Assembly (NCBI GenBank): GCA_963719505.1
Contig: CAVRCF010000005.1
Coordinates: 320,001-384,000 of the forward strand
Reading direction: 5' to 3'
Source of the DNA: Halobacteriovoraceae bacterium
GTDB lineage: Bacteria > Bdellovibrionota > Bacteriovoracia > Bacteriovoracales > Bacteriovoracaceae
Length of the DNA: 64,000 nt
Shown: in pieces, positions 56,181 through 64,000 of the stretch
Layout: each line of letters opens with the position of its first letter
Position numbering within the stretch: the first letter of the stretch is position 1
Translations under genes and position numbers: made by a program
Notes under the pieces: model-generated
Database searches by the model: none
What the model was told of the DNA's origin: nothing
Seen by the model: only the letters and a program-made list of their open reading frames with translations

Positions 56181-57272
56181 GTGAAAGTTGTTCATATTTG
56201 TCAGTTTTTAGGAGTAGGAGGTCTTGAAAAAGTTCTTTTCCTTTTAATCAAAGAACAACTAAAAGCAGGTCACCATGTTGAACTCATTGTTTATGATTAT
56301 GAACAATCATGGGTTGAAAAGTTCAAGACTCTCGGTATCACCGTTCACCATTCCAAAATTAAAACCCAAGGCTATGATAAAAGCCTTCTTAAGTATTTCT
56401 CTGAGCTTATTATTGATGTTGATATAATTCATACTCATGATTTAAACCCTGCTCTTTATATCGGTCCTCTCAAAATTCTCTCGAAGCTTAAGTTTCAAAT
56501 GTTTCCAAAGTTTATTCACACCACTCATGGTATGGAGCATATAGAGCTTGAACCAAAAACGAGACTCTACCAGAAGTTTTTAAGCCTAGTAGTAGATTCA
56601 ATCGTTGCAGTCTCCCCAGCTTTTAAAAACTATTATGAAACCAAAACCTTCGCTAGCTCTAAAAAAGTTTTTAATATAGATAACGGATCTGATATCGATA
56701 AAGATTTTCCAGTTTATGAAAAAAGCCAATATAAAGAAAAGATTTGTGCTCTTTATGGCCTTGACCAAAAAGTCGACTTTTGGATTGTCTTAGCAAGAGT
56801 CTTTCCTCTTAAAAACCAAAAGCTTGTCACCGATATCATGACGAATTTTCCAAATAAGGCTCTGCTTATCTGTGGACCGTGCCCGGATGATAAATACCTT
56901 GATCAAATAAAAGAGACCATGCCAAAAAATGTCATTCTTACTGGCGCGATTGAAGATGTCGAAACATATCTCAGGGCAAGCTCTCTTTTTATCTCAGCTT
57001 CACATCACGAAGGAATTCCCATTTCAGTTTTAGAGGCGGCATCTAATGGTATCCCCTGTGCTCTTTCAAATATTGACGGTCATAAAACTTTATACAAAGA
57101 CGATAACTTCTATCTCTTTGATCCAAAAGATTCAAATAGTCTTATCAATTGTCTCAATTCAATAAACAAAACTGAAAGTATAAACAAAGCTCGTAAGCTC
57201 CATAAAAATGTTTTTGAGCTCTATAGCTCTCACCGTATGTTTAAGGATTATGAGGAAGTGTATAAAAAATGA
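56181..57272 (+). CDS. Glycosyltransferase family 4
   Basis: GTG 56181 start (VKVVHICQFLGVGGLE); HTH, HTTHG, KNQ, E-x7-E motif EGIPISVLE. Confidence 0.88.
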   Translation: MKVVHICQFLGVGGLEKVLFLLIKEQLKAGHHVELIVYDYEQSWVEKFKTLGITVHHSKIKTQGYDKSLLKYFSELIIDVDIIHTHDLNPALYIGPLKILSKLKFQMFPKFIHTTHGMEHIELEPKTRLYQKFLSLVVDSIVAVSPAFKNYYETKTFASSKKVFNIDNGSDIDKDFPVYEKSQYKEKICALYGLDQKVDFWIVLARVFPLKNQKLVTDIMTNFPNKALLICGPCPDDKYLDQIKETMPKNVILTGAIEDVETYLRASSLFISASHHEGIPISVLEAASNGIPCALSNIDGHKTLYKDDNFYLFDPKDSNSLINCLNSINKTESINKARKLHKNVFELYSSHRMFKDYEEVYKK

Positions 57273-58690
57273 ATTTAATTAGTAAATTGAAAGAAGGACA
57301 TTGGCCAATTTTTCTATTGAGCTCCATGAGTTCGATGGCCAACCTTTTCTTACCCATTATCCTTGTCCGGCTCATCAGTCCGGAGCAAATGGGTATCTAT
57401 AAAATATTTTTCTTATATCTTTCGATGATTCCTTTTCTTTTTCTCGTTGGTGGTCCAGTAAACTCAGTCTATTACTGGGTTGGAAAAGATGAATCTCAAA
57501 GAATGCCCTTTATTCAGTCATGCTTTCAGCTATCAATAATTCTTTCAATTCCTATTTTGTTGATTGGCCTTTCATTTGGAAGTTTTATCTCCGATTATTT
57601 AAAAATGTCCCACGAGGCTTTTATTTATATGACCATTGCCAGTTTTTTCTGGGTTCCCTCAGGTCACTTCGGAGAGACGTCCATCGCTTTTGGAAAAACT
57701 GCACGTGGCAGTATTTTTGGAACCTCATTTGAAATGTTTAAGGTGATATCTTTCATAGGTATCGCAATTTTCTTTAAAGACTTGGTTTTAATTTTTAAAG
57801 CCTACACAATTATTCTTTTTATAAAGTTCTGCTTTAATGTCGCTTGGAGTATAAAGCATGGCTATATAGGATTTAGTCTTGATTGGAAAAGGATAAAAGC
57901 GGTCTTTATGTATTGTCTTCCCATCTCCTTAGCTGGGCTCTTAGGCTTTTTTGTCGATAAAGTTGACCTTCTTATTCTTTCTGGATTTTTAGACCCTGAT
58001 GAATTTGCCTTTTACTCAATGGGCTGCTTGGTTATTCCTCCTTTAATCATGTTGGATATGTCCGTTCACAAAGTCCTTGTGCCCAAAATTTCTAGTCTTT
58101 ATTTACAAGGAAAAAAGTTTGATGCATTAGAAGTCTACAAAAAAGCAGTCAGTGATATTTCGTTTATCATGGTTCCTGCAATTTTTGGACTCTTCTTTTT
58201 TGCCGATCCTATTGTTGAACTTCTCTATACAAGTAAGTACGCTGCATCAGCAATTTATTTAAAGATTTTTGCCATAAGCTATCTCATCTATACAATACCC
58301 CACGATGCGATCCCAAGGGCAACTGGTAGAACAGGTTGGATACTAAAGATTTATCTCATAACAACCCCCATCTCTTTGGTTTTAGTCTTTGTAATGGCCA
58401 AGTATTTCGGTGCAATTGCAGCACTATCTATCGCAGTGGCCTTAAAGTTTCTACCAAAGATTGCTGGCTTGCAGTTTTCATGCTCAATTATGGACTGGCG
58501 CTTTAGAGATCTTTTTCCCTATAAGCGACTATCAATTTACTTTGGCCTATCTTCGCTTTTGACAATTGCATGTCTCCTTGTAAAGTCTATGTTTCCAACG
58601 CCTCTGATCTGGTTTTTTGTTTGTTCTCCACTTTTTGCCGCGATATACCTAGGAACACTGTATTACAATGTAAAGGGCAAAAATGAATAA
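57269..58690 (+). CDS. Wzx-type oligosaccharide flippase
   Basis: Many TM segments; ILVRLISPEQMGIY, DKVDLLIL..FAFYSMG, FADPIVELLYTSKY. Confidence 0.85.
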   Translation: MNLISKLKEGHWPIFLLSSMSSMANLFLPIILVRLISPEQMGIYKIFFLYLSMIPFLFLVGGPVNSVYYWVGKDESQRMPFIQSCFQLSIILSIPILLIGLSFGSFISDYLKMSHEAFIYMTIASFFWVPSGHFGETSIAFGKTARGSIFGTSFEMFKVISFIGIAIFFKDLVLIFKAYTIILFIKFCFNVAWSIKHGYIGFSLDWKRIKAVFMYCLPISLAGLLGFFVDKVDLLILSGFLDPDEFAFYSMGCLVIPPLIMLDMSVHKVLVPKISSLYLQGKKFDALEVYKKAVSDISFIMVPAIFGLFFFADPIVELLYTSKYAASAIYLKIFAISYLIYTIPHDAIPRATGRTGWILKIYLITTPISLVLVFVMAKYFGAIAALSIAVALKFLPKIAGLQFSCSIMDWRFRDLFPYKRLSIYFGLSSLLTIACLLVKSMFPTPLIWFFVCSPLFAAIYLGTLYYNVKGKNE

Positions 58691-59729
58691 GGTTATTCAC
58701 CTTTTTTTTCCTGGTCCATTTGGAGGAGCTGAAAAAGTCATCCTTAAAGGACTTGAAGACTTGAAAGAAAAAGTCTCATTGTCGCTTTGGATAATAAAGG
58801 AGACTCGCTGTCCAGAACATGCAGACTATTTTGAAAAAGAATGCTTAAGGATGGGTATTGATAATGAAATGTTTGAGTGCCAAAGTATCTTTGATTTTGG
58901 TCTTTTAAAGAGATTAAAATCACAGGTTCCAAAGAACGCCATTATTCATGCTCATGGAATGAAAGCAAGTTTTTATGCAGCCTTTCTTCCAGGTCAGTTG
59001 GTTATTACTCACCATGGCCATACTTCACACACTTTAAAAGTAAAAGTCTACGAGTTTATACAAGAACTTATCATGCGAAAAGCAGACAGAGTTATCTCTG
59101 TCTCACACCCTATGCATGAAGAGCTTGATAGGAAAAATATTAAATCTTCCCTTATAGAAAACATGCTTTCAATGGAGCCTGCGATTAGTACTTATCAGGA
59201 AACCCAAGAGACGCATTTTGTTTTTATTGGCAGACTATCTCCTGAAAAAGGAGCGAATATCCTCGTTACAGCTTTAAAGAATATGCCTATGGTTAAGCTT
59301 AGTATTGTGGGAGATGGCGTTGAGAAGGAGCAACTCGAAAAACGAGTCATAGATGAGGAAATTAAAAATATTGAGTTTTTAGGTTTTCAATCTGATGTCT
59401 CACCTTATCTAAAAGATGCTCATGCGCTTATTATGCCTTCACTGCGAGAAGGACTTCCCATGACACTTTTGGAGGCTATCTGTGGAGGACTCCCTGTTAT
59501 TGGTAGTGATGTAGGAGGGTTAAAAGGACTCGTAAAACAAAATGGTATTCTTGTTCCACCAGGAGATCCAGTGGCCCTTAATAAGGCCATACAAATTTTT
59601 GTGGCAAAAAGAGATGGTTTTACACAGAATGCCCAAGCTCTAAGCGAGATTTTTATTAACAGATTCTCAGTGAAAAATTGGAGCTATAAGACAGTTGAAA
59701 TTTACAAAAGGCTCTCTAGCCAAAGCTGA
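58683..59729 (+). CDS. Glycosyltransferase family 4
   Basis: GGAE, HAHG, THHG, FIGRLSPEKG, EGLPMTLLEA. Confidence 0.9.
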   Translation: MNKVIHLFFPGPFGGAEKVILKGLEDLKEKVSLSLWIIKETRCPEHADYFEKECLRMGIDNEMFECQSIFDFGLLKRLKSQVPKNAIIHAHGMKASFYAAFLPGQLVITHHGHTSHTLKVKVYEFIQELIMRKADRVISVSHPMHEELDRKNIKSSLIENMLSMEPAISTYQETQETHFVFIGRLSPEKGANILVTALKNMPMVKLSIVGDGVEKEQLEKRVIDEEIKNIEFLGFQSDVSPYLKDAHALIMPSLREGLPMTLLEAICGGLPVIGSDVGGLKGLVKQNGILVPPGDPVALNKAIQIFVAKRDGFTQNAQALSEIFINRFSVKNWSYKTVEIYKRLSSQS

Positions 59730-60919
59730 AAGTCGGCACCAACTTTCTTATCACCAAAGCTTTTGGAAAGTTTGTGATTAGTATCTAAAGCAGTAAGTTT
59801 AAATGGCTCATCAACTTTTAACTGGCTTAAAGTCTCTATCCATTCCTCAGTTGTTTCACAGTGTATATAATCTTCTTCATCTAGTCCTGCACCTTGGACT
59901 CCCATCTTTGTAGAAATAATTTTTCTCCCAAAGGCATAGGACTCTAAAACTTTTATTCTGGTTCCAGATCCAAAAGTAATAGGGGCAACTGTATAGTGAC
60001 ATCCTCTGTAGGCATCTTTTAAATCAGCAATAAAACCGTGAATAACAACGCCCTTTAGATTTTGATATTTTAAAAGCCATTCTTTTTTTCCTGAACCCAC
60101 GATATTGAGAACGATATCATCTCGATTTTTTATAACGGTAGGCCAAACATCTTCTAGTATCCACTTTAAGCCCTCTCGATTAGGTGCCCAGTCAAGTCTT
60201 CCCAAAAAGAGAATGTGTAGCTTACTACTTTCATTCGTTTCAAGAACTTGATCAAAATCAAGACCCAAAGGAGTGAGGTGAGAATTCTCTACATTGACCA
60301 TTCCATTAATTGTTGCTTGATCCTCCTCGGAAATGGGAGCCACTCCAAATGAGTGTTGTAAAACAAATTTTTCAAATTTTTCCACAAGATAAAACTGGTA
60401 CTTAAAAATAAGTTTTTTAATAATATTTTTTTCTTCCTCAGCTGACCTTCGCCACAAGTCACCTTCAATATTATGGGCCCGATAGATCACCTTAGCATCA
60501 CCGGTCTGAAAGCCCTCTCTATTTCTAGACAAACAGGCAGCTAAATGAAGCCCATCTAAGAGAATAAAATCATACTTTTCGATATCGAGCTTACGATCAA
60601 CAAACTCTTTATTACTTGAAGTATCAAATGATGAGAAAGTAAGTGGTGTAAAAGGTTTTGAGATAAGTTTAAAGAAAAAATACAGCAGTTTAGAAGGACC
60701 AAAACTTGCCACGGAGCGCTTTTTGACAAAGATTTTTCTAATTTTCCACTGCTTATGCATTACCCTGGGATCAATAATTTCATCGCTATTTGGAAAACAC
60801 ATAACATCCACTGTGACACCTGGACCAGCAACATTAGTAAGAAGTCTCTCTGTTGCCACGCGAGCACCGTCAATAGCCGGAAGAGTCCACTTGGGAATAA
60901 TCCAAAGGACTTTTATCAT
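59702..60919 (-). CDS. Glycosyltransferase family 4-like
   Basis: HNIE, FLGRLDWAPNREG, APITFGSGTRIKVLE. Confidence 0.88.
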   Translation of the reverse strand: MIKVLWIIPKWTLPAIDGARVATERLLTNVAGPGVTVDVMCFPNSDEIIDPRVMHKQWKIRKIFVKKRSVASFGPSKLLYFFFKLISKPFTPLTFSSFDTSSNKEFVDRKLDIEKYDFILLDGLHLAACLSRNREGFQTGDAKVIYRAHNIEGDLWRRSAEEEKNIIKKLIFKYQFYLVEKFEKFVLQHSFGVAPISEEDQATINGMVNVENSHLTPLGLDFDQVLETNESSKLHILFLGRLDWAPNREGLKWILEDVWPTVIKNRDDIVLNIVGSGKKEWLLKYQNLKGVVIHGFIADLKDAYRGCHYTVAPITFGSGTRIKVLESYAFGRKIISTKMGVQGAGLDEEDYIHCETTEEWIETLSQLKVDEPFKLTALDTNHKLSKSFGDKKVGADFQLWLESLL

Positions 60920-61743
60920 TCCTTTTCCATTTCAATAAGAATTGCACCGCCAAACTTTTGTAAAGAAGGAAATTTCTTAAATAAGAAATGATCAAATTTT
61001 TCTAAAAACGAAACTCTTGGATCACTTCCCTTTCTGAAAAAACGATCAAAGCGCGCAAAAAGAAAAAAGGAGCTAATTGACGTTTTTGGGAAAACTTTTT
61101 TTATCGTTTCAAGATCCTCTGTTGTCAATTTTTTTTCATCATCTGTTATATGCAGTTCAAATGACATTTCTTTTGGAAAGAAAAATTGAACCAACTTAGT
61201 ATTGCGAATATCATCAAGTCCTTTTATCGATAAGGGCTCTCGAAAGATAGCACGCCCGCCTGGCTTGAGAAGCTTTTTGCATTCTAATAAGGACTTTTCA
61301 ATATCGATATGATGAAGAATATCAACACCGACAATAAGATCAAACAACTGTGGATTAAGTCCCGTATTTTCAGTCGTTCCTTCAATAAAGTGGATATCAA
61401 GATTATATTTCTCGCTTAAATTTTTCGCCGTCTTTACATTATTGGGAGAAATATCAACTCCCGTCACATTGTATCCAATTTTCCGAAACAATAATGAGTT
61501 AAGTCCAGGCCCAGAGCCAAAGTCTAGAAGCTTATCCTCTTTTTTGTAAAGATCAATGGCCCGCTTATACAGCTGCCAGTAACTATTCCAAGGTCTAGTT
61601 TCTTTTTGCTCAAGAACTGAGACGACCGGAGAAAAATCAACTTCTACATTTTGATTATATGTCTCAACATACCGATCGTAGTATTCTTTTTCTCTTTGTT
61701 GTCTTTTTGATAAACTCAAAACCTCTACCTCTGTGTTTCCCAT
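60916..61743 (-). CDS. Class I SAM-dependent methyltransferase
   Basis: LLDFGSGPG, TGVDIS, FDLI..ILHH, LKPGG; start uncertain. Confidence 0.85.
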   Translation of the reverse strand: MGNTEVEVLSLSKRQQREKEYYDRYVETYNQNVEVDFSPVVSVLEQKETRPWNSYWQLYKRAIDLYKKEDKLLDFGSGPGLNSLLFRKIGYNVTGVDISPNNVKTAKNLSEKYNLDIHFIEGTTENTGLNPQLFDLIVGVDILHHIDIEKSLLECKKLLKPGGRAIFREPLSIKGLDDIRNTKLVQFFFPKEMSFELHITDDEKKLTTEDLETIKKVFPKTSISSFFLFARFDRFFRKGSDPRVSFLEKFDHFLFKKFPSLQKFGGAILIEMEKE

Positions 61744-62855
61744 GTGGACTCCAAATTTGAAGTCACAGTTTTATACAATGCTTTTAATGCTGCTAGGTTA
61801 ATTATAAAAAAATATAGTGGAATTCCAAGTACTTTTGGCCTAAATGAAAAAGAATTCAAGATAAAGGCAACTAAAACACTCGTGTAAAAAATGATTTGCA
61901 AATTAAGTATCGTCCATGCGAGAGGAGATGGATGATTAATCACGTCAGCGATTGAAAATAGTAAAAGTAAAATAGCAAAAACTGGTGCCAGCCACCGCAG
62001 CACTTTATGAGAAATGAGTTGAAAGCTTGCAACGGGATACTTCAATGGATTTAGAACACTTTTTGCATGAAGAAGACCTGTCATTCCACCTCGGATGACT
62101 CTCACTCTCATAGACCATTCAGTTTGTGGCTTTTTCGTCGTTTCTTCAAAACATATTGCCTGGGGTTCAGAGACCACTCTAAATCCTTTTTGAATGAAAA
62201 AGAGAGGCCCTGTGAAGTCCTCAATAATATTGGAAGGAAGTGGATGATAAGCATTTGTCCGAAAAGCGGTAATACAGCCAATGGATCCCGTCAGTGACCC
62301 TAGATTTGTCTGAGATGTTTTGATAATGCTCTCTAATTTCCAAAAAAGTTTTTGCCCTATTCCCATCTGGGTGCCTTGATCGTCTTTATACTTCAAATGA
62401 CCCGTTACCATTCCAACCTTTTGATCTGCAAAGCTTCGAACGAGCATCTTGACGGAGTCTTTGTCATATTCAGTCGTGGCATCGGAGAAGACGGTAATAT
62501 CACTTTTTATATTCTTCATTGCAATGTTTCGGGCTTCAGTTTTACCAACTCTCCCCTCAACTCTGACAAGTTGCACATTGGGAAATTGAGTCTTGACGAT
62601 ATTGTCGGTTTGATCTGAGGAAGCATCAGACACCACAATGATATCAAATTTGTCTGAGGGATAATCTATCTCTAATGTATTAATTAATTTATCACCAATT
62701 GATCCCTCCTCATTATAGGCCGCAATCATAAAAGTAACGGAAGGAGTTATATCTTCTTTTATGATTCTCTTTTTTAGAATAGAGCCCAAAATAATAACCA
62801 ATAGTGGATAAAAGAGATAAGGAAAGAGAATTAAAAAAATTAACCAAAGCGTCAT
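61725..62855 (-). CDS. Glycosyltransferase family 2, membrane-anchored
   Basis: AAYNEE, SDASSDQT, FSDA, IEDF; N- and C-terminal TM helices. Confidence 0.9.
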   Translation of the reverse strand: MTLWLIFLILFPYLFYPLLVIILGSILKKRIIKEDITPSVTFMIAAYNEEGSIGDKLINTLEIDYPSDKFDIIVVSDASSDQTDNIVKTQFPNVQLVRVEGRVGKTEARNIAMKNIKSDITVFSDATTEYDKDSVKMLVRSFADQKVGMVTGHLKYKDDQGTQMGIGQKLFWKLESIIKTSQTNLGSLTGSIGCITAFRTNAYHPLPSNIIEDFTGPLFFIQKGFRVVSEPQAICFEETTKKPQTEWSMRVRVIRGGMTGLLHAKSVLNPLKYPVASFQLISHKVLRWLAPVFAILLLLFSIADVINHPSPLAWTILNLQIIFYTSVLVAFILNSFSFRPKVLGIPLYFFIINLAALKALYKTVTSNLESTWETQR

Positions 62856-64000
62856 ACCGTTATTCCAAATTCTAACTTTTTATCTATTCTAGTTCCTTTT
62901 AATTTACTATGGGTAATGACTAAAGCCAAAATAATATAAGGAAATAAAAGATAGGTATGGGACAAAAATGTAATCGCTACTCCATATCCTAAAATAGCTA
63001 AAAAATAGTCTGGATGATCCTTTCGCATCAGCCAAGCTCTATACAAAGCGTAAGTCCAAAGTCCCATAAAAAGAGCCAAGGCCATAAAGCCCCCTTCTGC
63101 TAATGCTAAAACCCATGAAGAGTGGGCCGTCATATTTTTTCCCTCTGATCCGGTATCCCCATCAATAGCATAGCTTGAAAAATTACCAGTAAAGCCCCAA
63201 TATCCCACACCAAAGATTGGATTCCTAACGGCCATATTGGCGCCGGCTTTCCAAAAGATAATTCGATTACTAGTAGAGCCCTCAAGATCACCAGAAGATC
63301 TTTTCATTAAAGAAATGACTCCAACTCCCCCAACTACTGCAAGGATGAGAACAAGGACAAGATATTTAATTTTGGTTATTTTTAAAACAAGCCATCCACC
63401 TATAATAGCTGCGATTGCCAAGACGGCTCCTCGCGATTGAGATTCCCAAACAAGATAGGTTAGAGAAAAAAAAGTGATCGCAGCGAAAATCCAACTAAAG
63501 GGACGAATCTTAGATTTTAAAATAAAGAAAACAACCAATGGAATAACGAGGACAAAGATCGCCGCAATATCATTAGAATTTGAAAGAATACCGATACTTT
63601 GAAGCCTCTCACCTACTTCTTCTAGACCTGTTTTAGGAGTCATGAAAGATTGATAAAAAGAAATAAAACCCTTCTCAAGTATTGAAAGAATAAGAGCTAT
63701 CTTTACTAAAACTGCATCTCTTTCAGTTTCTAGTGAGTTTTGAATGAGAACAAAAACAATGACAGCTTTAGAGAATATTTCTATAAACTTTGAAACTGCT
63801 AGTCCTTGGTGATTTGAAAAAAAAGCCGATAAGAAAAGCCAAAAAGCAAACCCAAGAATAAAGAAAGTTCCCGTGTTGAATTTAAAATAAAATCTCTTAT
63901 TGATAACTTTACTGACAACAATACTTATCATGGCCAAATAAGAAACATCTCTTGGCATCGACGCCATCAATTGATTATCATAAGTTTCCCATGGTCTCGA
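62852..64000 (-). CDS. O-antigen ligase/polymerase (Wzy_C) family membrane protein, 5' end outside the window
   Basis: Frame stays open to base 64000 (SRPWETY...); NSND, SQSRGA, R..FWKAG..NPIFGVG, AHSSW..AEGG. Confidence 0.85.
   Translation of the reverse strand, partial: SRPWETYDNQLMASMPRDVSYLAMISIVVSKVINKRFYFKFNTGTFFILGFAFWLFLSAFFSNHQGLAVSKFIEIFSKAVIVFVLIQNSLETERDAVLVKIALILSILEKGFISFYQSFMTPKTGLEEVGERLQSIGILSNSNDIAAIFVLVIPLVVFFILKSKIRPFSWIFAAITFFSLTYLVWESQSRGAVLAIAAIIGGWLVLKITKIKYLVLVLILAVVGGVGVISLMKRSSGDLEGSTSNRIIFWKAGANMAVRNPIFGVGYWGFTGNFSSYAIDGDTGSEGKNMTAHSSWVLALAEGGFMALALFMGLWTYALYRAWLMRKDHPDYFLAILGYGVAITFLSHTYLLFPYIILALVITHSKLKGTRIDKKLEFGITV

Noticed and set aside
1024-63440. Many 60-140 aa ORFs antisense to or nested in long genes (for example 3765..4079, 45368..45799, 49922..50272)
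   Set aside because: Shadow frames of well-supported genes, with no recognisable motifs.
1-64000. tRNA, rRNA, CRISPR array, IS element, prophage or defence system
   Set aside because: Intergenic gaps are about 200 bp or shorter, with no cloverleaf or repeat-spacer pattern seen; no transposase, integrase or phage proteins were recognised. A covariance-model scan was not run.

Overview
Densely coding, AT-rich bacterial chromosomal window with no rRNA, tRNA, CRISPR array or recognisable mobile element. Gene content and style (an HBb/Bd0055-type histone, a CHASE2 adenylate cyclase next to a FecR protein, a REC-CheX fusion, many secreted hypotheticals) suggest a predatory Bdellovibrionota, probably Bacteriovoracales; this is inference. 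In order: end of a suf operon (sufD partial, sufS, Nfu-type carrier); hemF; a CHASE2 cyclase/FecR/beta-barrel group; an ~11 kb two-armed lipid cluster combining a dedicated type II FAS set (FabG, FabZ, FabI, FabF, ACP), two CrtI-like FAD oxidoreductases and oleABCD, with oleA broken by one extra base; a tandem double histone-fold gene; scavenging and cell-wall genes (glpQ, OPT, C1 peptidase, serA, two lytic transglycosylases, ggt, atoE, CoA transferase). The last 25 kb is a Wzx/Wzy-type polysaccharide locus that encloses a hybrid PKS (carrier-KS-AT-ACP-aminotransferase), an NRPS (C-T-C-A[Gly]-T-TE) and a PPTase, with a consensus sigma-28 promoter directly in front of the PKS. The best candidates for undescribed biology are the PKS/NRPS-in-EPS system, the FAS-II/CrtI-like/Ole cluster and the histone doublet. 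All functional calls come from motif recognition; no database searches were run.
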